Shown in pieces: positions 1-8,323 of a stretch of DNA of 32,000 bases (position 1 is the stretch's first letter; every line of letters begins with the position of its first letter). Source of the DNA: Halomicronema hongdechloris C2206 (GTDB taxonomy: Bacteria; Cyanobacteriota; Cyanobacteriia; Phormidesmidales; Phormidesmidaceae); contig NZ_CP021983.2 in the NCBI RefSeq assembly GCF_002075285.3, forward strand, positions 1,170,001 to 1,202,000. The letters run 5' to 3'. Both the position numbers and the translations under genes were made by a program. The notes under the pieces were generated by a model that saw nothing but the letters and a program-made list of their open reading frames with translations, had not been told where the DNA came from and made no database searches.

Positions 1-657
1 CGGCATCTGCACCCGCCCTGCCAGGGCCTGCTCCACCTGCTGAGGCAACCGCTCGGCTCCGGCCGCCAGCGTTTCCGATAACGTGTCGATGCGATAGGAT
101 TCTGGCTCCCCAGCCAAGATCGATGCCATAGCCGCCAGTACCTGACGATGTCCCTGCCCGCGCTTAGCATCGATGATCTCGACCGCCAGACCCAAGTGCT
201 CAGCCAACCCCTCGCCATCAATCTCGACGCCATAGTGGCGAGCTTCATCGGCCATGGTGAACACCGCCAACACCGGCAATCCCAAGGCCTTAACCTGCAG
301 CAGCAACCGCAACTGCCGATCAACCTGGGCCGCGTTGATCACCACCAGCACCAGATCAATGGGAAAATTCTCTAGGAATTGGCGCACCACCCGCTCGTCA
401 TCCGAGAAGCCACCCAGATCGTAGGTGCCAGGCAGATCGACCAACTCCACCTGCTGCCCCGCCATTGGTTCAGGCAGAGACAAAGGAGCCTGCAGTAGAT
501 CTACCGTGATCCCAGGCCAGTTGCCCACCGCCGCCGCGGCCCCGGTCAGTCGGTTAAACAGGGTGGATTTTCCCGTATTGGGCATCCCCAGCAGCGCGAC
601 CCGCCGCGTTGTGGTGGTTGTGGTCGTCGATGTGGTGGATGGACTGTGACAGGTCAT
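1..657 (-). CDS. feoB: Ferrous iron transporter FeoB, N-terminal GTPase domain (5' part of gene; continues past window start)
   Basis: Own translation of the minus strand from ATG at 657: MTCHSPSTTSTTTTTTTRRVALLGMPNTGKSTLFNRLTGAAAAVGNWPGITVDLLQAPLSLPEPMAGQQVELVDLPGTYDLGGFSDDERVVRQFLENFP... The G1 motif GMPNTGKST, VGNWPGITV and DLPGTY are the FeoB G-domain signature. The ORF is absent from the track because it runs off the window edge. Confidence 0.8.
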   Translation of the reverse strand, partial: MTCHSPSTTSTTTTTTTRRVALLGMPNTGKSTLFNRLTGAAAAVGNWPGITVDLLQAPLSLPEPMAGQQVELVDLPGTYDLGGFSDDERVVRQFLENFPIDLVLVVINAAQVDRQLRLLLQVKALGLPVLAVFTMADEARHYGVEIDGEGLAEHLGLAVEIIDAKRGQGHRQVLAAMASILAGEPESYRIDTLSETLAAGAERLPQQVEQALAGRVQMP

Positions 658-891
658 CGATTCATTGGCCAGGATCCCCTTGCTTTCTATTCTAGGGGTG
701 ACCCCAGAGCAACGATGATCAGCTAGGTTTTCTACAGGTTCCCACTGGAGTTTAAAGTTTTAGAGAATTGTCCGAGCTGCCTCGGGAATGGTGTTTAGGG
801 CACGGGCACTCTGAAGATAGCCTATGATTCATTCCTCGAATACGACTGCTGCAGCTCCCCATGGCAATTTGTAAGAGTCCTGTCTATTCTG

Positions 892-1791
892 ATGCGCCCA
901 CACCTGAGCTTGATCCCGACATCTTTCGGTCTGTGTCTTCTGGGCAGTAGTGTTTCCCTGCTGTTGCTGAACTTAGAGTCCTGGGATGGAGAGCAGGGTC
1001 CCTTGTCAGCGTCTGTTCCCTTGGGCACCGTCATTGCCCTGATCGGGATTACCATCGTGAGCATGACTTGGCTATCGGCCTGGATACTATCGCAGCAAAT
1101 GATACAACTGATTCGCCAGCTCACAGAGTATCTGCTACAGGTGCAAGCCGGGGATTGTGATCGTCCCATGCGGGGATTGATTTGGAGCCGAGATCTGGTG
1201 CATGAACTCAATCGTTGGTCGTCTCTGCTCGTGGATATTCTCCATGCCCACTACCGCATCGAGACCGATCTGCGGGAGAGTGAAGAACGCTACGCCCTAG
1301 CGCTGCAAGGAGCCAATGATGGCATCTGGGACTGGGATCTGCGCAGCAATCGTATGCACTACTCCAGTCGCTGGAAAACCCTCCTGGGCTATGACGAGGA
1401 AACCATTGGCGCTAGCCCCGAGGATTGGTTTAGCCGCATCCACCCCGAAGATCTGCTCTCAGTCAAGGTGAGTCTGGCTGCCCATCTGCAGGGAGAAACC
1501 CCCCACTTCGAGAGTGAACATCGCCTGCTCAGGGGAGACGGTCGCTATGGTTGGGTTCTAGTGCGTGGTCTGGCCGTTTGCGATCAGCAGCATCAAACCA
1601 ATCGCATTGCCGGGTCATTGACCGACATCACAGCTCGCAAGCAGACAGAGGAACAATTGCGTTATGAGGCCCTGCACGACAGTCTCACCCATCTGCCCAA
1701 CCGCACCCATTTGATCCAGCAACTCCAGCAAACCTTGGACACAGTGCGAGTCCATCCTCAGTATCTAGCAGCGGTGTTGTTGCTAGATCTA
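892..1791 (+). pseudogene. 5' fragment of a membrane-anchored PAS-GGDEF-EAL c-di-GMP signalling protein, truncated by an IS insertion
   Basis: The 300-aa ORF has two hydrophobic N-terminal segments and a PAS-type core (ERYALALQGANDGIWDWDL...HPEDL...EHRLLRGDGRYGWVLVRG). It ends with the start of a GGDEF domain (HDSLTHLPNR...AAVLLLDL). The in-frame stop TAG at 1792-1794 is the first 3 nt of the inserted element. Confidence 0.85.
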
Positions 1792-2938
1792 TAGCAACCC
1801 TAAATGAGTTTAGAATGGGTAGTATATAAATATCATCAAGCTGTCAATACAGTTGTACTCATGAATAGTTTTCAATTAGAACACCAACAAAAAGTAGATA
1901 ATCGTGCTATTCTATCAGACTTTATAAGTAGTAATCCTGATTCAAGAGAGCTTAAGCGAGCATTGGCTGTAAAAATGGCATTGGAGGGTGAGCCATATTT
2001 TAAGATTACCAAATTTCTGGGAATAAACAAGTCTTTTATTACATATTGGAAGAACAGATTCGAAGCACAAGGCATTGAAGGTATTAAACTCGGCTACCAA
2101 GGATCAAAAAGTTACCTAACCCCAGATGATCGTACAGAAATTATCTCGTGGCTGAGAACCAGAAACTACTGGAACTTTGATGAATTAGTTTCATATTTAG
2201 ATGAACATTATGATGTGATTTACAAGTCTAAGCAAAGCTACTATACACTTTTTTCGGAAGCAGGTATTAGTTGGAAGAAATCTCAAAAAACCAACCCGAA
2301 ATCTGATCCAGCTCTAGTCAAAAAAAAAGAGAAGAAATCCAAGGATTTATCCGTCAAAACCAGTTCAAAATTGAGTCTGGGGAATTGATTGTACTTTTTT
2401 TGGATGAGTGTCATCTCCTTTGGGGTGATGTTTGTGGATATGTCTGGGGCAAGACAGATATGCGAATCGAAATCCCTATTACAAACGAGAGAATCAGGCA
2501 AACATATTATGGCGCATTAAACTATCAAACAAAAGAATTTATTTTGCATCCTTACGAGAAAGGGAATGGAGAGAATACAGTTGCTTTTATGAAGTACTTG
2601 CAGGAACAAAATCCTGGGAAGCAAATCGCATTAATTTGGGATGGCGCTAGTTATCATAAGTCACAAGAGATCAAAGATTTTTTAGCTACAGTCAATCATG
2701 GGAAGGAAGAGACAGAATGGCAATTCAAATGTATTCTATTTGCACCCAATTCACCAGAACAAAATCCAGTGGAAGATGTTTGGTTACAAGCCAAAAATTC
2801 ATTGAGAAGATTTTGGAGGTTGTGTCGTTCTTTCCCCGCTGTAAAGTATCTGTTTGAGTTCTTTATAGATCATCAAAAGTTCGATTTTTCTAAAATAGAA
2901 GAATATTCACCTTGTTCATAAATCAACTGGGATTGCTA
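1792..2938 (+). mobile_element. IS630-family insertion sequence, 1147 bp
   Basis: Imperfect terminal inverted repeats: left TAGCAACCCTAAATGAGTTTAGAA, and the right end reverse-complemented is TAGCAATCCCAGTTGATTTATGAA (about 17/24 identical). A TA dinucleotide flanks both ends (1790-1791 and 2939-2940) within a reconstructed CTAG target. The element is clearly AT-rich relative to its flanks and encodes a DDE transposase. Confidence 0.88.
1804..2921 (+). CDS. IS630-family DDE transposase, two overlapping frames joined by a -1 shift at an A9 run (2320-2328)
   Basis: ORFs 1804-2388 and 2385-2921. The first carries an HTH-like N-terminal part. A -1 shift in GTC AAA AAA AAA G gives ...[39 protein letters not shown]... 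The catalytic residues are recognisable in [15 protein letters not shown] and [10 protein letters not shown]. The true start could be ATG 1861 (MNSFQLEH). Confidence 0.8.
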
Positions 2939-2940
2939 TA

Positions 2941-4134
2941 GATCGCTTCAAGATTGTCAACGATAGCTTAGGCCATGCCGCTGGCGACCAATTGTTGCAG
3001 TGTTTGGCCCAGCGTCTAGCCACCTGTGTTCGCCCCAACGACTTTGTGGCCCGCTTTGGTGGGGATGAGTTTGTGATTTTGCTCAATAACCTCAGCAGTG
3101 CGGCGGGGGTGGGCCAAATTGCCCGTCGCATTCAGACCCAGTTACTGCAGCCGCTGACCCTGGACGGTTACGATATCTCTGTCAGTGCCAGCATTGGTAT
3201 CGTCCCGGTCAATGCCACTTACTGCCATCCCGAGGATTTGCTGCGGGATGCCGATACAGCCATGTATGAAGCTAAAGCCCGAGGCCGCTCCTGTGAGGTC
3301 ATTTTTGATCAATCCATGCACCGCCGGTCGATGACGGTGCTGCAATTGGAAGCCGACCTACGGCGAGCGATTGAGCGCCAGGAATTTTGTCTGTACTACC
3401 AGCCGATTTATTGCTTGGCCAATGGCCGTTGCCAGGGGATGGAGGCCTTGGTACGGTGGCATCACCCAGAACGGGGGCTGGTCTCACCATCGGACTTTAT
3501 CCCCTTGGCAGAAGAAACTGGTCTGATTGTGCCCATTGGCGAGTGGGTCTTGCAGACGGCCTGTGCCCAGGCCAAGGTCTGGTACGATGCGGGGCAGGAG
3601 CTGAGCATGTCGGTGAATTTATCGGCCCGGCAACTTCAGGATCCTCAGCTACCCGATAGAATTGCCCGGGTGCTGAGACAGGCAGGACTCCCGGCTCATC
3701 TGTTGCAATTGGAGGTGACGGAGAGCTTTGCCATGGCAGATGTCCATCTGACTAGCCAGCTATTGCAGCAACTCAGAGCCATGGGGATGCAGATTGCCAT
3801 CGACGATTTCGGCACCAGCTATTCCTCTCTGGGTTACCTGCGGCGCTTTCCCGTGAGTGTGCTGAAGATCGATAAGTCGTTTGTGCAGGATGTGGGTGTC
3901 AGTCAGGATGCTGGAGTCATTATCAGCGCGATTATCGCCATGGCCCACATCCTCGACATTAAAGTCATTGCTGAGGGGGTTGAGACCGAGCGCCAACTAG
4001 CCTTCCTGCGCAACCAAGAGTGTGATAGCATCCAGGGATTTCTCATGGGCTGCCCTCTGCCTGCCAATCAGGTAGAGCAGTGCCTGGAGTGCATGGAAAG
4101 TTGGGCTATCGCCGCTGACGCAGCAGTTGCTTAA
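2941..4134 (+). pseudogene. 3' fragment of the same PAS-GGDEF-EAL gene (rest of GGDEF domain plus EAL domain)
   Basis: The same reading frame as 892-1791 resumes immediately after the right-hand TA: [23 protein letters not shown]...[11 protein letters not shown] (GGDEF motif intact). The EAL domain follows: [67 protein letters not shown]. The track ORF 2992-4134 is this frame taken from an internal TTG. Confidence 0.85.
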
Positions 4135-4477
4135 CGGTTTCCACCATTTCACTGGGACGAAAGGGTTTAGCGATGTAGGCGTCGGCCCCTTGTTTCATGC
4201 CCCAATGGCGATCAAATTCTTCGCCCTTGGAGCTACAGATGACAATGGGGATGTCTTTGGTGCTGGGATTATTCTTGGCCCAGCGGCAGAGTTCATAGCC
4301 GTTCATATTGGGCATGATGATGTCGAGCACCATCAGATCTGGAGGGTTGGTTTGCAGTATTTGTTGGGCTTCGACGCCATCTTTGGCTTCGGTCACGGTC
4401 ATTCCTAGCTTGATTAGGAGGCCAGCGATCATCTCCCGCAGGGTGGAACTGTCATCTACGATCAAGATCGTGCTCAT
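4106..4477 (-). CDS. Single-domain CheY-like response regulator receiver
   Basis: 123 aa with all receiver hallmarks: DD at positions 8-9, phospho-acceptor D in [16 protein letters not shown], and KPF near the C-terminus. AGGAAGG lies 5 nt upstream of the ATG. Confidence 0.88.
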   Translation of the reverse strand: MSTILIVDDSSTLREMIAGLLIKLGMTVTEAKDGVEAQQILQTNPPDLMVLDIIMPNMNGYELCRWAKNNPSTKDIPIVICSSKGEEFDRHWGMKQGADAYIAKPFRPSEMVETVKQLLRQRR

Positions 4478-4525
4478 AGGCCTTCCTAATCCATTCGCTC
4501 GGGTGCGCCATCGCGTATCTCTAGA

Positions 4526-5704
4526 TTATGGCGAATTCGTGCGATCGCAAATACCCTGCAGCACCTGCAAGACGGCCTTAGGCTGCAGCTTTTCCTTAAA
4601 CCAAACAATGGGGACCGGAATATCCTGCAGCCGCACCCCAGCCTTGTCCAGGTTTAGCCGCTCCGACACCGCCAGAATTAAAGGAACCTGGCCTGCCTGC
4701 CGCACTTGGGCAAATTTCTTGCGCAGATAATCGGGGCGCCAGTAGCCCACGATTTCTAGTAAAAACTCCCGACCATCCTGGTGGACCAGACGGAAGTCAG
4801 GAATCATGACACTGCCGGGGATGGGAATCAGATCCACTTCCCGTTCCAGACGCCACTCACTCTGCGCCGGCCAACGCTTGGCGAAGGACTGCTCTAGGAG
4901 GCTGTCGTAGGGTTTGCCGGGGGGATAGTGGGAGACCAGTCCACAGTCGCTCTTGAGGGTATAGTGATGTTGCCGCAGGTTGCCGCTATAGCGATCCCGC
5001 AACTGCAGGGTAGCCATCAGGCTCCAGCGGCTGACATGGAGCAGAGCCGGTAGCACCTTGGCCATGTCGAGGCCATAACGGGTACTGGGCTTGAACAGAC
5101 TGGTGGGGCCGTCGATGGTGATGGTGAAGCCATGGTCGGCATCCCCCTCGATATAGGCCATCAGGCGAAATAGCTTCAGGTAGCGGAACATCAGCTTATA
5201 TTCGCCCGGGTCGTTGCGGTGGAGATTCAGTACCACCTGACTGGCCTTGTAGAAGATGCCCTGTACTTGGGATAGGTTGTAGCGGTGCAGTAGGGCGGCG
5301 GCGGTGGGAGCCTCGCACTCCACCAGAATCCGGTTTTCCTGTAGATCGGCGTAGAGTCCCTGGCGGATGTCGGCAGGGGTGACCTCTCGTTCTAGCTCTT
5401 GGCTGAGCTGCTGAGCCAGAATGGCCAGGTGGTGCTGAGCCTGAGTAGGGTTAGGGACAGTAGTAGCCGCCAGAGTAAACACCCGTTGCCGTAACTGGGA
5501 AGGCTCTAAGGGGCTGACGATGTCGAAGTGGGCGAAGCTACTGCGGAGAATATGGGCCAACCCTCGCTGGATGCGGTAGTCGGTGTTTTCTCCTTCCAGT
5601 TCTTGGAGGTGGCGATTTAGCTCTCCCTGGGACTTGCCCTGGTGTTGCCGAAAGCACTCGATCAGGTCGGCGGCTAGGGCCAGATAGGGGCCATCTAGGG
5701 CCAA
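4526..5704 (-). CDS. DUF790 family protein (bacterial homologue of the archaeal XPB-associated nuclease Bax1); N-terminus probably extends to about 5764
   Basis: The 392-aa ORF (track start is a TTG) matches my recollection of cyanobacterial DUF790 proteins in overall pattern: GDADHGFTITIDGPTSLFK, GLVSHYPPGKPYDSLLEQSFAKRW, and the C-terminal nuclease-like block IPDFRLVHQDGREFLLEIVGYWRPDYLRKKF. This is a recognition call and has not been verified by search. Confidence 0.65.
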   Translation of the reverse strand: MALDGPYLALAADLIECFRQHQGKSQGELNRHLQELEGENTDYRIQRGLAHILRSSFAHFDIVSPLEPSQLRQRVFTLAATTVPNPTQAQHHLAILAQQLSQELEREVTPADIRQGLYADLQENRILVECEAPTAAALLHRYNLSQVQGIFYKASQVVLNLHRNDPGEYKLMFRYLKLFRLMAYIEGDADHGFTITIDGPTSLFKPSTRYGLDMAKVLPALLHVSRWSLMATLQLRDRYSGNLRQHHYTLKSDCGLVSHYPPGKPYDSLLEQSFAKRWPAQSEWRLEREVDLIPIPGSVMIPDFRLVHQDGREFLLEIVGYWRPDYLRKKFAQVRQAGQVPLILAVSERLNLDKAGVRLQDIPVPIVWFKEKLQPKAVLQVLQGICDRTNSP

Positions 5705-5790
5705 GCGCTTGGGCTGGATGGCTTCTCCCTGATAGCGGTGGATCAGTAGGTCTGATGGTAACGTCGGTGGTCCCCTCCTGAACGAACTGC

Positions 5791-6573
5791 TTAGGGGTTG
5801 GGAAAGCGCCGGGTCCGCACCTCTTCACAGAATTGATGGGCGGCATCTATGGCGCTCTGGCGCAAATTGCCGTAGGCCTTGGCGAATTTCGGCTGCCAGC
5901 TCGACAGGCCCAAGACATCGGCGGTGACCAGCACCTGGCCGTCACAATGGGCACCGGCCCCGATGCCGATGGTGGGAATAGTCAGGGTTTGGCTGATCTG
6001 CTGGGCCAGCTCGGCCGGGATATGCTCTAGAACGATGCAAAAGGCTCCGGCAGCCTCTACGGCTTTGGCTTCTTCCAGAATACGTTGGGCTGACTCGGCA
6101 GAGGTGCCCTGGCGACGAAAGCCACCGAACTGATTCACCGACTGGGGGGTGAGCCCCACATGGCCCATGACGGGGATGCCGACCTGCACCAGGGCGGCAA
6201 TGGTAGGTGCGATCGCAGGGTGCCCCCCTTCCACCTTTACGGCTGTAGCTTCTGTCTCTTGCAAGACTCGCCCGGCCGAGTGGATGGCCCCGGCCACACT
6301 CACCTGGTAGCTGAGGAATGGCATATCGACCACCAGGGGGACCCGGTCGACGGCCCGTCGCACCGCCTTGGCATGGTGCAGCATCTCCTCCAGGGTCAGG
6401 GGTAGAGTGGTCTCATAACCCAAGGCCACCATGGCCAGAGAGTCTCCCACCAAGACGATATCAGCCCCTGCCTGGACGACAATTTGCCCCGACATATAAT
6501 CCCAAGCGGTCAGTACGACGATGGCGCGTCCATCTCGTTTCCACTGCTTAAACTGGTGCACGTTGACAACCAT
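5791..6573 (-). CDS. panB: 3-methyl-2-oxobutanoate hydroxymethyltransferase (ketopantoate hydroxymethyltransferase)
   Basis: 260 aa, full-length PanB pattern: VVLTAWDY...[39 protein letters not shown]...VVDMPFLSY...VKVEGG...[13 protein letters not shown]...GGFRRQG. Confidence 0.92.
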   Translation of the reverse strand: MVVNVHQFKQWKRDGRAIVVLTAWDYMSGQIVVQAGADIVLVGDSLAMVALGYETTLPLTLEEMLHHAKAVRRAVDRVPLVVDMPFLSYQVSVAGAIHSAGRVLQETEATAVKVEGGHPAIAPTIAALVQVGIPVMGHVGLTPQSVNQFGGFRRQGTSAESAQRILEEAKAVEAAGAFCIVLEHIPAELAQQISQTLTIPTIGIGAGAHCDGQVLVTADVLGLSSWQPKFAKAYGNLRQSAIDAAHQFCEEVRTRRFPNP

Positions 6574-6650
6574 GCCGACCTCACGCGAAGGATACGGTTG
6601 TCAGAATATCAAAGAGCTTTAATGAAGTGAGCACCGTTGTTGCCCTTGAC

Positions 6651-7730
6651 CTAAGGCAAAGCTTGTCCCACCGCTGGGTTCATAAAGCCCCGGTGGGTAC
6701 GTCCCTGACCAGTGGTGAGGCTAATCCAAGCCAAGCCTTCACTGGTGCCAGCCCATAGTTTATTTCCCACCTCTGAGGTCAACGCCAGAATGCGGCCAGA
6801 CGGTAGATTGGGCACCCGGCCCAGTTCGGCACCGTTATAAGGATTGAGTTTGTACAGCCCAGCGTCAGTACCGACCCAGAGGCTGCGATCGGCATCAAAG
6901 TTAAGGCTCAAGACGTTGCGATCGCGCATCACCGTCACCGACCGCACCAACCGGCGGCTAACCGGATCAACCACCTGTAACCCAGTTGGGGTGCCGACCC
7001 AGAGTTGTCCATGGGGGCCCAGCCGCAGGGCCTGCACCACTTGTCCAGACAGGCCATATACACGCCCCATGGTGTAAGCCCCAGCAGTATTGACTTGTAC
7101 CAACCCTGTCAAGGTCCCGACCCAGAGATGCTGATTTTGATCGAGTGCCAGTGTATTGGCGCTAACCCCTGGTAAAGTTTGTAGCGTCGTCATCAGTAAC
7201 CCGCGGTCTGGACTGACCATAGCCAAGCCGCGATCGGTGCCCACCCAGAGAAATCCACGGCTATCGATCAACAGCGATAGGATGCGATTGGATGGCAAGC
7301 GAAAATTTTGAGCCGTAATTTCGTCCGTCCGCGGCTCCACCCGGACTAGGCCATCGTAAGTGCCTACCCAAACCCGACCCACCCGATCTTGGGCCAGGGC
7401 CCCGATGGTCCGACTGGGCAAGTTTATCCGCGCCTGGATGCGACCACTATTTGGATCAATGCGAGCCAATCCCTGCCAAGATCCTACCCAGAGACTACCG
7501 GTGTAGTCGGGTTGCAATGCCCCCACTCGATAGTCAGCCGCCGGAGCTGCCGTTTCCGAGGGCAAGCTATCCACCGTCGAGGGGGGTAGGGCTGACTCCG
7601 ATGCCGGAGTTTGGGCAAGCTGGGCACCGCCCTCGTGATCATGCTCCAAGGCAGTAGTGAAGCCTCCCCACCCCAACAAGGGTAAGCCAGCTAGGGCAGC
7701 TAGCAATCTACGGGATGCCTTTCCTGGCAT
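6651..7730 (-). CDS. Secreted seven-bladed beta-propeller protein (two-component-regulator-propeller type repeats)
   Basis: Signal-peptide-like N-terminus (MPGKASRRLLAALAGLPLLGWGG), a Pro/Ser/Ala linker, then seven repeats of roughly 40 aa, each with the core LWVGT..GL (SLWVGSWQGLARI, RVWVGTYDGLVRV, FLWVGTDRGLAMV, HLWVGTLTGLVQV, QLWVGTPTGLQVV, SLWVGTDAGLYKL, KLWAGTSEGLAWI). Confidence 0.75.
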   Translation of the reverse strand: MPGKASRRLLAALAGLPLLGWGGFTTALEHDHEGGAQLAQTPASESALPPSTVDSLPSETAAPAADYRVGALQPDYTGSLWVGSWQGLARIDPNSGRIQARINLPSRTIGALAQDRVGRVWVGTYDGLVRVEPRTDEITAQNFRLPSNRILSLLIDSRGFLWVGTDRGLAMVSPDRGLLMTTLQTLPGVSANTLALDQNQHLWVGTLTGLVQVNTAGAYTMGRVYGLSGQVVQALRLGPHGQLWVGTPTGLQVVDPVSRRLVRSVTVMRDRNVLSLNFDADRSLWVGTDAGLYKLNPYNGAELGRVPNLPSGRILALTSEVGNKLWAGTSEGLAWISLTTGQGRTHRGFMNPAVGQALP

Positions 7731-8058
7731 ATATGTGCGTCTCCCTAATCCACGACGAAGGGGCTAGTGTCAGTCAGTGTCATGGGGTCGACCTAGCCAT
7801 AACCGCTGTGAGTGCCCACAAGTATAACAACCGCCATACAGCTTGAAGCAGTCGCCCATTAGATGGCTCCTAGAGCTTCGGCTTCTGGCTAATCTGGATG
7901 ACTTCAACGATCTGGCCAAGATTCCCTTAAACAGATACGGCAGCTCCTTAACCCAGCAGTTAACGCCATGCCGTTATCACCCAAGCACCACGGCCAAACC
8001 CCCATGGTGAGGCCAGGTTACATCATGTGAAAAAACATCATGGGATGCTAAGAAAATG

Positions 8059-8075
8059 CATAACTAAAAGTTATG
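8059..8075. promoter_or_regulatory. Candidate LysR-type (T-N11-A) operator upstream of rbcL
   Basis: Perfect dyad C-ATAACT-AAA-AGTTAT-G lies inside the only strongly AT-rich stretch of the 590-bp rbcL upstream region, about 250 nt before the ATG. TAACTAAAAGTTA fits the T-N11-A LysR box. No experimental or comparative support is available here. Confidence 0.3.
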
Positions 8076-8323
8076 AATATATACAGATCTTTCGAAATCA
8101 AACTTATTTGATCGCTGGTAGTATTCTTAGGGCATAGGGTACTGCAGGACACCTGAGTGCTTATGGAGCAGCCATTGCGGTAATGCTCTGTTTTTTGCTA
8201 GCCACCTCGATTACATGCAACCTCTGCGCTGAGTCAGTCCTTGGAGGCTCTTCAGGAGGGTTGCCTGGGGTTGTTGCCCTCGAGGGGTTCATGAGGAGAT
8301 TGTAGATTCACAGGAAGGGAGAT

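Noticed and set aside
755-795. AT-rich segment GAGTTTAAAGTTTTAGAGAATTGTCC in the feoB divergent promoter, as a possible Fur box
   Set aside because: It does not match the GATAATGATAATCATTATC consensus well by eye. I cannot score it properly without a matrix.
1872-2650. Short ORFs within the IS: 1872-2075 (-), 2283-2501 (-) and 2432-2650 (+)
   Set aside because: They overlap the transposase frames, which carry the recognisable HTH and DDE features.
5538-5846. 102-aa minus-strand ORF spanning the panB/DUF790 junction
   Set aside because: It is an alternative frame overlapping both well-supported genes, and the translation is Pro/Arg/Gly-rich.
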